Source: a virus (taxonomy: Duplodnaviria; Caudoviricetes). From it: DNA of 42,597 nucleotides. The stretch spans positions 1 through 42,597 of the IMG/VR virus record IMGVR_UViG_3300024996_000139; one strand, written 5' to 3'. The position numbers and the translations under genes are program-made. The notes beneath the pieces were generated by a model. It was not told where the DNA came from. It searched no databases and was given only the letters and a program-made list of their open reading frames with translations. The number at the start of each line of letters is the position of its first letter. Position 1 is the stretch's first letter. Shown here piece by piece: positions 36,601-42,597 of this stretch.

Positions 36601-37063
36601 TGCCAAGATTACCAGTCAGGGGACGACCCTCGCCACGCTCGGCGACACGGTCGGCGCCATGGCCACGCAGGTCGACGGCGTTGAGGCTAAGACCGACGCG
36701 GGCACCGCGCATGGGTCCATCCGCTGGACAGCAATCTCGGCCGAGAGTGGCGTGTCCGCGTCGTGGCGGCTTGAGGCCAGCATTACCGGCCCCGGGGGGG
36801 CGTTCGTTGATGGCTCCGCGCAGCTCGACATTATCGGTAGCGCGAGTCGGTGGCTGTTCGTGGCCGATGCTTTCATCATCCGGGCTGGCTCCACCAAAAA
36901 CGCGGTTTTTACGGCAAACCCGGATGACACTCTCACGCTCGGAGGGGTGACACAGGTTTCGGATGCGCTGCGCTCGCTTGGCGTCGGGGCTAACGGTCAG
37001 CCGTATCGGACAGACAGCTTTGGAGCCACGCCTTCGATCATTTTCGATGATGGGGTCGTATGA
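33617..37063 (+). CDS. Host-specificity J-like central tail protein with N-terminal gpI-like region
   Basis: 1148 aa; IPVTYGR, FN3-like WIRARGIG.NG..GDW, coiled coil, C-terminal F.ADAFII. Confidence 0.9.
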   Translation: MAQVLHLTPLGKPVGAPILLDRRRRRLSTVMARHNQAGRRVIAFKVPNGKALDMERHLVRRRRWKDVLVGPEDMILILPVIAGGGGGRGGAGKGLSIALAVASIALLALGQFWAAGQWIATTFDIGLKAGNAIWAGVSAGLLLGASVLAQSMMQSKANTPKQLYGVSGGGNVARLWERIPVTYGRTWVKPDLTQVDYYFYDGDDVVLVKRLSVGLGKYNLKTIRVGDSVFWTAADGIKPPFDFNLDDEKGAKVEVLYGTASTILPGNVYSSPSVAGIQVARVIDNPARSGPFPVCQPGDKVERIQIDMSWPNGVFTRATKSGNLNAATVNVYWEYREIDDLGEPVGDGLWSELHRVYGAWKSQDPIRRTEIKSVPLARYEVQAYSVDNHQENVSNDVYWDGLRGLFNDTVAREGRTEVVMRVRSSKSLSITSFSNAEMEVARVLDVWDGSAWSEQETSLAKWAAVDILRSSYGSSVPDAEVDLPRFLALSLTQDNEFNATINGPVSVWEALGTALAPIRADVIKIGNLYSFVRDEPKVMRQHAITRRNIVRDSSSITFDLGTDRSAGDVVMEIYRGGDPKDPVPIRSTIGSQSRTPKRMQPIGITDPYHGQRFADYHAAVSAFRQETRDVVVGRDGTLYRPGDLAAVDTWFYSARQATQVDARSNRTLTLDGTPDAAAYPYCVLRDRKGRAFGPMRYTIGALPKIVTLDADDLAAAQTNAGMMLADVMAKPRQNRTIAQFGTLAELQRNYLVKSAVPANAETVRVSLVYDDPRVWAYIGANMPVFVPPSARDPDYPVVLGISAWVNRNDTRLTLHWSARLAADAALTEVQLSYDEGLTWPNIYTGPATNGTAPIGYNENGPCWIRARGIGPNGTPGDWTMPSVFTTPAPSVNGGYLIEESVLNQAIEAAAQVTALRSQMEAMAAQIRLLALQSSNDQAVTSNDLREVRVERDAGDTRVTAAFTEVITATVTGSGGLAERTATLEATVDTPVTGLSAKITSQGTTLATLGDTVGAMATQVDGVEAKTDAGTAHGSIRWTAISAESGVSASWRLEASITGPGGAFVDGSAQLDIIGSASRWLFVADAFIIRAGSTKNAVFTANPDDTLTLGGVTQVSDALRSLGVGANGQPYRTDSFGATPSIIFDDGVV

Positions 37064-37461
37064 CCAAGCGTGTCATCCTTGGTCGCCTTCCGTCGGGCAA
37101 CTATGGGCTCCTGATCTCTAAGCCCGGCTACGATGTCACCACGAACCCGGTCGATAACGAGCGACTTCTGTTCTCGTCAGACTGGACCGAAACCGTTCCC
37201 ATTTTCCAGTCCGGGTCTTTCACCTCCAGCTCGTCGCCGACGACGATCACATTCCCAACCCTTGGGTTCGTGCCGTTCGTGCTCTTTTATAAGACAAACG
37301 GCTATCTCGACATCAACGGAGGCGGTACCCGCGTCTACGGGACAAGTTTCATAAATTTGTCAGCGGGTTTTTCTATCTCGATCGCAGACGGATCGTTTAC
37401 CTTCCCCGCCGCATCTGGCCACAATATTTCATACAAAGTATTGCTCGTGAGGGCCAAATGA
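37060..37461 (+). CDS. Tail tip accessory protein, paralog A
   Basis: MTKRVILG...YGLLISKPGYDV; ATGA-coupled to J. Confidence 0.8.
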   Translation: MTKRVILGRLPSGNYGLLISKPGYDVTTNPVDNERLLFSSDWTETVPIFQSGSFTSSSSPTTITFPTLGFVPFVLFYKTNGYLDINGGGTRVYGTSFINLSAGFSISIADGSFTFPAASGHNISYKVLLVRAK

Positions 37462-37925
37462 CAAAGCGCCTGATCCTTGGCAATCGATCGGGCCAGTATG
37501 GTCTGTGGGTCGCCAAAAATGGGAAGGATGCAATGTCGTCCAACCCGGCGGATTTTGTTTTCCAGATGGGTTATCGCGCGGCAAGGCCGTTCGCCAAAGG
37601 GACGCTCAGCGCGATGCCGCGCACGTACTTCGCCAGCGCGGGCGTCGCCATTGGCGCGACCTACACGTTCACGTTCAATCATGGACTCGGATACGCTCCG
37701 CTCTTCTTCGCATCGGTTTATCCGCGTGCTGTCGGAGGGGTTGGAACCCTCGGCGTTGTAAATGCGGGGGCATATTACTACGACACGGTCGGTGCACTGG
37801 CAGACGCTGCCAGCCTCAACATTTACGTCAACGTCAAGCACTGGTCATCTTCGGGCGGGTTCAACCCTCCGCTATCGCTATCGATCCGGCCGGTGTCCTG
37901 GACCATTTATCGAGAGCCGGCATGA
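37458..37925 (+). CDS. Tail tip accessory protein, paralog B
   Basis: MTKRLILG...YGLWVAKNGKDA; HGLGYAP. Confidence 0.8.
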   Translation: MTKRLILGNRSGQYGLWVAKNGKDAMSSNPADFVFQMGYRAARPFAKGTLSAMPRTYFASAGVAIGATYTFTFNHGLGYAPLFFASVYPRAVGGVGTLGVVNAGAYYYDTVGALADAASLNIYVNVKHWSSSGGFNPPLSLSIRPVSWTIYREPA

Positions 37926-38350
37926 CCCGGAGAATTGTTCTCGATAGCAGCCCGCGTTTTCGAGTTTCTGATCCAGGTTATGACGCGCTGACTGGCGCGG
38001 ATGCCAACATGGCGTTTGACCCTCTGGCATATGGGTATGCCGGCGTATACCTCGCCGGCACCATCCCTTGGGCCTCATGGACCATGGTCGATCATGCCGA
38101 CGATGGTAACGGAAATGGCTTTTCGTCCTTCGAAACGACGATCAGCTTCGGCAAGACATTTTCCGCTCCACCGCATGTGTTTTGGCTGCCCATCATCGGC
38201 GGTGTCGTCTACGCGGTGCACCCCAAAGCGGACAAGAGCTACACCCGCACATCGACCAGCGATGTCGTGCTTGGCGCCTATTTTAGGCTGTTCCACGGCG
38301 TCGTAACCGATCCGACCATGGATGCCGCTTACAGGATTTGCCAGCAATGA
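37922..38350 (+). CDS. Tail tip accessory protein, paralog C
   Basis: MTRRIVLD...FRVSDPGYDA; ISFGKTFSAPP. Confidence 0.8.
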   Translation: MTRRIVLDSSPRFRVSDPGYDALTGADANMAFDPLAYGYAGVYLAGTIPWASWTMVDHADDGNGNGFSSFETTISFGKTFSAPPHVFWLPIIGGVVYAVHPKADKSYTRTSTSDVVLGAYFRLFHGVVTDPTMDAAYRICQQ

Positions 38351-38961
38351 TTGTGCATTACGATCCCGTTACCTTGACAGTCCTTCACAGCGTCACAGAT
38401 TGGGGGCCGGAGTACGAGGCGCACTTGATCGAGCGCGTCGACGAGTTGCACTATTTCCGTCTGGCCGATCCGGTCGAGCATGGTGATATCAGGATTGTCG
38501 CGAGCGCGGTCGGCCCGCGCCCTCATCGCATCTTGCGTGATGGCGCCGGCGAGGAGATTGGCTCCGAAGAAGTTGCGCTCGCCATATGGCCACTACCGCC
38601 AGCGCCGCCGCGCACCTTGGACGGCGTCCGCGCCGCTGCCATCGAACGCATTGCCCGCCGCCGTGTTGAGCGCCTGGCGGGCGCGCCGGAGGCAAGCGCT
38701 TACTACCAGCGCAAGGAGGGCTGGGCGCGGGCTCACCTAGACGGCGAGAAAGCGCATCCAGTGATTGGCACAGAGGCCGTGGCTAAGGGCATTGCCTGCC
38801 ACGAATTGTGCGCACGGATTGTTGCGCGCGCCGATGCAGCGCGGGCACAACGCGCCGCTCTGGTCGAGCAATCGAGCGATGCCTTCGACCGCGCCGAGCG
38901 TGTCATCAGGGCCTGTCAGTCGATGGAAGAGATTGACGATTACATGGCGCATTTCGGCTGA
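38347..38961 (+). CDS. Hypothetical tail-associated protein (chaperone-like helical C-terminus)
   Basis: ATGA-coupled; YQRK...A, EA..KG...EL..RI pattern. Confidence 0.7.
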   Translation: MIVHYDPVTLTVLHSVTDWGPEYEAHLIERVDELHYFRLADPVEHGDIRIVASAVGPRPHRILRDGAGEEIGSEEVALAIWPLPPAPPRTLDGVRAAAIERIARRRVERLAGAPEASAYYQRKEGWARAHLDGEKAHPVIGTEAVAKGIACHELCARIVARADAARAQRAALVEQSSDAFDRAERVIRACQSMEEIDDYMAHFG

Positions 38962-38986
38962 ACGTAGTCACCATCAGTTGCTAGCC

Positions 38987-39010
38987 GCCGCCCTCCGAGG
39001 CGGCTTCTTC
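38987..39010 (+). terminator. Hairpin before the tail fibre gene
   Basis: GCCGCC-CTCCGA-GGCGGC-TTCTTC. Confidence 0.55.
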
Positions 39011-39026
39011 ATATCAGGATCATCGC

Positions 39027-39788
39027 ATGAACAACCTGCCTTACACGGCCGGCACGGTATCGATTCCGGCCGGCTCTGCGACCGCGACCGGCACCGGCAC
39101 GGTCTGGACCGATGCACGCGTGCAGCCATTCGGCTTTCTTTGGGTGCCGGATACAGGCCAGGTCTTTGGCATCAGCTCGATCGACAGCGCCACGCAGATC
39201 ACGCTCGTCAACAAGAACGGCGGCGCGGCGATCACGGGCGCTGCCTACACGATCATCTCGTTTCCGAGCGAGATGCAGGACAGCCTGAATATTCAGGCGA
39301 TCCGGGCGTTTCTGGCGACTGCGAACATCGTTATCTTCCGCACGTCCAACCCGACAGCGGGCGACGGCGTTGACGGCACGGCCTGCCTCGTCAATGACGG
39401 CACCAACCCAATCACCGTCTGGACCAAGGCGGCCGGGGCGTGGACGCAGCGGACGTTTGCGGCAACATCGGATGGCATCACGGACGCCACCACAGTCGGC
39501 AAGGCGCTGCTCACGGCGGCGGATGCGGCGGCGGCGCGGGGAGCTTTGTCCGTGGCCGCTATCCCCACAAGCGGCGTCCTGCCTCCGGGCCAGGCTGCAA
39601 CGCTCCAAAACAAATCCGGGTCATCGATCGCTGGGGGAGGCTCTGTCGCAGGCTCCAGCCTCGCCTTGCTGTTTATCGATGCGGGGGGGCTCTTGGGCTT
39701 TGGGGCGGCCCAGACCGGCACCTGGAAGAATATCGCCGGTGGGGCGCTGTCGAATGATGCTTACGGGCTATTTGTGAGGATATCGTGA
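39027..39788 (+). CDS. Side tail fibre protein
   Basis: N-terminal YTAGTVS...TGTGT.W attachment motif; GKALLTAADAAAARGAL shaft; GTWK...LFVRIS C-terminus. Confidence 0.85.
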   Translation: MNNLPYTAGTVSIPAGSATATGTGTVWTDARVQPFGFLWVPDTGQVFGISSIDSATQITLVNKNGGAAITGAAYTIISFPSEMQDSLNIQAIRAFLATANIVIFRTSNPTAGDGVDGTACLVNDGTNPITVWTKAAGAWTQRTFAATSDGITDATTVGKALLTAADAAAARGALSVAAIPTSGVLPPGQAATLQNKSGSSIAGGGSVAGSSLALLFIDAGGLLGFGAAQTGTWKNIAGGALSNDAYGLFVRIS

Positions 39789-40312
39789 TGCTCTACACCA
39801 GCGTGACCGCGTGCCGATACTCGCGTGCCGACCAGCGCGCAATCGACTGTCTCGTGACCGTCGAGGGCGAGGCTGGACCTTTGCATTATACGGCCTCACC
39901 CGACGATATCAGCGCACCGTGGTCGATGGAGATTTACACCCGTGCCGTGGCGGGAGAGTTCGGAGCGGTGGCCGAATATACCCCACCAACGCCAACAGTG
40001 GCCCAGGTCGACGCCGAGCGCGACCGCCGCTTTGGCCTCGGCGCACCGATCGACCTTGGCGATGGCAGGACATTTGTCGCCGACATCGACAACACGTCCA
40101 AGATCAACATCATGGGGCTGATGATGGCGGGGACGGCCGCGGACTTCCGCGATCGTGACAACATTACTCACGCGCTCTCGGCCGCCGATGTTTCCAGCCT
40201 CGCAGCCCAGGCCATGGCGCGCGTATCCGCGATCTACGCTGCAAGTTGGGCGCTCAAAGCACTCGATCCGACCCCGGCCGACTATGCCGATGACGAGCAT
40301 TGGCCCGTCTGA
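39788..40312 (+). CDS. Tail fibre assembly protein (DUF4376-like C-terminus)
   Basis: IDC.V...YTASPDD...GEFGAVAEY, then VDAERDRR...FRDRDN...DYADDEHWP. Confidence 0.8.
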   Translation: MLYTSVTACRYSRADQRAIDCLVTVEGEAGPLHYTASPDDISAPWSMEIYTRAVAGEFGAVAEYTPPTPTVAQVDAERDRRFGLGAPIDLGDGRTFVADIDNTSKINIMGLMMAGTAADFRDRDNITHALSAADVSSLAAQAMARVSAIYAASWALKALDPTPADYADDEHWPV

Positions 40313-40337
40313 CCGCCAACGCCACACCCAATGACCC

Positions 40338-40361
40338 GCCGCCCTTTGAGGCGGCTTTTTT
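40338..40361 (+). terminator. Intrinsic terminator between tail and lysis modules
   Basis: GCCGCC-CTTTGA-GGCGGC-TTTTTT. Confidence 0.8.
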
Positions 40362-40379
40362 GTGCCCGGAGCAATCATC

Positions 40380-41414
40380 ATGAGCAAGTTTACCGACCTG
40401 GCGCCGCGCATCATGCGCGACCTGCAACGCGATATCCCCGCCTGGGGTGTCCTCGATGCAGCGGCGGCCGTTGGCAATGCCGGCCATGAGAGTGCGGGCA
40501 TGACCAAGATGCAGGAGATCAAGCCGACGGTCAAAGGCTCGCGCGGTGGCTATGGCTGGTATCAGTGGACCGGCCCGCGCCGCCGTGCCTATGAGGCGTG
40601 GTGCAGGGCGCGCAAGCTCGACGTGGCGAGCTACGAGGCCAACTATGGCTATCTGATCGTGGAGTTGCGCGGCAGCGAGCGTGCGGCGGTCAAGGCGGTC
40701 GCCGATGCCGATGGGATCGAGGCCAAGGTGCAGGCATTCGAGGAGCGTTTCGAGCGTGCGGGCGTCAAGCATTATCCCAGCCGCATCGACTATGCCCGGC
40801 AGGCGCTCAAGGCCTATCAGGCGGTCTACCCGGATGGGAAGGAGGGCGCGGCGCCGGCCGGCCTGACCGATGACAAGACCGTCCGCTACGTGCAGGGCCG
40901 CCTAAATGATCTCGGCTATCAGGCCGGCGAGGTCGACGGCATTATGGGCACCAAGACGCGAGCGGCCATCCTCGGCTTTCGGGCCGACCAGGTGCCGGCG
41001 TTGCCGACCGTGGCGGTGATCGACCAGGAATTGCTTGCTGCGCTCGTCGTCGCCGAGCCGCGCCCGGTCGCCGTCGAGCGTGCGACTGCCACGCCTGCGG
41101 ACCTTGCCGCCAAGGGATCACCAACGGTCCAGAGCGGTTTCAGCCTGCGCAAGATCGCTGCGTGGCTCGGTTTCGGTGCGGCCGGCGGTGCGACGGATCA
41201 GACTGGCCTGCTCGATCAGGCGCGCACCGGCCTCGATAAGGTCGACGCGGTCAAGGATGTCGGCGGCCGGCTGATCGACGCGGTGCAGTGGTGCCTGCAT
41301 CACTGGTGGATCTTCGCCGCCATCGCCGCCTACCTCGTGTTCAGCGGCGCGGGCGAGGTGATCTGGAGCAAGGTGCGCGAGTACCGGGCCGGCGCCCCGG
41401 CGCGGGTGTCGTGA
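40380..41414 (+). CDS. Endolysin: phage tail lysozyme-like domain, peptidoglycan-binding domain, C-terminal hydrophobic segments
   Basis: AAVGNAGHES, GYGWYQWTGPRR, FERAG; VQGRLNDLGY...DGIMGTKTRAAI; WWIFAAIAAYLVF. Confidence 0.88.
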   Translation: MSKFTDLAPRIMRDLQRDIPAWGVLDAAAAVGNAGHESAGMTKMQEIKPTVKGSRGGYGWYQWTGPRRRAYEAWCRARKLDVASYEANYGYLIVELRGSERAAVKAVADADGIEAKVQAFEERFERAGVKHYPSRIDYARQALKAYQAVYPDGKEGAAPAGLTDDKTVRYVQGRLNDLGYQAGEVDGIMGTKTRAAILGFRADQVPALPTVAVIDQELLAALVVAEPRPVAVERATATPADLAAKGSPTVQSGFSLRKIAAWLGFGAAGGATDQTGLLDQARTGLDKVDAVKDVGGRLIDAVQWCLHHWWIFAAIAAYLVFSGAGEVIWSKVREYRAGAPARVS

Positions 41415-41734
41415 TGGGCGAAGTCAAGACGCCTCCAGTTGCGGCACATCTCGTCGAGAAAAACCGCTTCCGCCTGGACGGCATCGGTCGGGTTCCTGGC
41501 TCATTTTATTTCGGTGAGCGTCACGAAAGCGGGTCGCAGACGTTCTGGTATTGCTGTCCGTGCGGTTGTGGCGCGACGGGTGTCATCCTGGTCGGAAACG
41601 GTTTCAAGCCGGTTTCCGACCGCCCTTCATGGAACTGGAATGGTTCGCTCGACAAACCGACGCTGACGCCGTCCGTGCATCACGTCGGGCACTGGCACGG
41701 CTGGCTGACCGATGGCGTGTGGGTGTCATGCTGA
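41414..41734 (+). CDS. DUF6527-like Cys/His protein
   Basis: CCPCGCG...WNWNGSLDKPTLTPSV...HWHGWLTDGVW; TGATG-coupled to the endolysin. Confidence 0.8.
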   Translation: MGEVKTPPVAAHLVEKNRFRLDGIGRVPGSFYFGERHESGSQTFWYCCPCGCGATGVILVGNGFKPVSDRPSWNWNGSLDKPTLTPSVHHVGHWHGWLTDGVWVSC

Positions 41735-42072
41735 AGCTCCTCGCCTTGATCCCGGAGCCGTGGGGCTCGATCGGGCTGCTCGTCTTGGCGTTCGGGCTCT
41801 ACAGCTACGGCGATATCTCGGGTGCATCCCGCGAACGCGGCCGGTGCCAGGCGGCCACCATCCAATCCAAGCTCGACGCGACCATGGCCGACCTTGCCAA
41901 CGCCCGCGCGGCCGAAGCCGATGCGACGCAGCGCTACCAGGCGATCGTCGACCAATCCGAGACCAATGCAAAGGTGATCCATGACCTGCAAGCCGATCTG
42001 GCCAAGCGGCCTGCCGCTGCTCGCTGCGCTCTGTCTCGCGACGATGCTCGCCGGCTGCGCAACATCCGGTAG
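41728..42072 (+). CDS. Rz-like inner-membrane spanin
   Basis: N-terminal TM, periplasmic coiled coil, C-terminal Cys. Confidence 0.8.
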   Translation: MLKLLALIPEPWGSIGLLVLAFGLYSYGDISGASRERGRCQAATIQSKLDATMADLANARAAEADATQRYQAIVDQSETNAKVIHDLQADLAKRPAAARCALSRDDARRLRNIR

Positions 42073-42274
42073 CGTTCCGCTGGGGCGGGATTTGCCGGCG
42101 GCCGACAAGCGCATGACGACGCCGACCGTCGTGGCCGAGCCGCAGGCCGGGGAGGCATGCGCGGCTGTGTCGGCCCGCGAGCGTTCCGGTCGTGTCGATG
42201 ACGCGCGCAAGCTCACCGCGTTTGCCGCCTGGTATGAGACGATCCGCGAGAGCTACAGGAGACCGGCCCGATGA
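41981..42274 (+). CDS. Rz1-like outer-membrane lipoprotein spanin
   Basis: Signal peptide with LAGC lipobox; overlaps the Rz 3' end in another frame. Confidence 0.8.
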   Translation: MTCKPIWPSGLPLLAALCLATMLAGCATSGSVPLGRDLPAADKRMTTPTVVAEPQAGEACAAVSARERSGRVDDARKLTAFAAWYETIRESYRRPAR

Positions 42275-42597
42275 ATGCTCGCATCAACAGCGACGGCAAG
42301 TTCGTCGAGCGCTTCGTTCCGGCGGTCATCGCTGCGGCGCTCGCGGTGGGCGGGACCGCAGCGGTGTTCTGGCGCGACAGTGCGGTGGCCGACAATCGCT
42401 CCGCCGACGCGATCATTCGGATCGACAAAGAGATCGCGGCCGTGAAGCAGGAGCAGGTCGAGTTGCGCCGGGAAGCCGCCGTGGACCGGCAGAAAACCTC
42501 TGACCTGACCGCTGATGTGAAGGTGTTACTGGCGATCACGCAGCGCGTCGAGAAAGCGGTCAGCCAACTCAACCAGCGCGAGCGAGCCTCGCCCTAA
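42271..42597 (+). CDS. Single-TM coiled-coil protein, possible holin or lysis accessory
   Basis: FVPAVIAAALAVGGTAAVFW followed by a coiled coil; ATGA-coupled. Confidence 0.65.
   Translation: MNARINSDGKFVERFVPAVIAAALAVGGTAAVFWRDSAVADNRSADAIIRIDKEIAAVKQEQVELRREAAVDRQKTSDLTADVKVLLAITQRVEKAVSQLNQRERASP

Noticed and set aside
33617-40312. Diversity-generating retroelement or invertible tail-fibre shufflon
   Set aside because: No reverse transcriptase, template/variable repeat pair, invertase or inverted fibre segment seen in the window

Overview
The window is almost entirely one apparently intact temperate siphovirus-type prophage of a high-GC alphaproteobacterium (Rhizobiales-like gene content), abutting an initiator tRNA-Met at the left edge. 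Left to right: tRNA-fMet (103-179) overlapped in antisense by the C-terminus of a large serine integrase; a leftward early operon (small RDF candidate, DUF4326, SSB, DUF5131, two ParB-fold proteins, HD hydrolase, many small ORFs); a lambda-like immunity switch (membrane protein, cI, five 17-bp operators, cro, an MmgR/suhB-like RNA motif, cII-like); replication (Zn-finger/TOPRIM primase, an antisense membrane moron, MT-A70 methyltransferase, SF3-type helicase, a mirror-symmetric iteron origin); a late-control gene, cos region, lambda GpA-type terminase, portal and protease-capsid fusion; a non-contractile tail with a -1 frameshift chaperone, a J-like tip, three tandem paralogous tip proteins and a fibre cassette; and a lysis cassette with a DUF6527-like insert. 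The right attachment site is not in the window. No CRISPR array, reverse transcriptase, invertase or IS was seen. All family names come from motif recognition by eye, not database searches.
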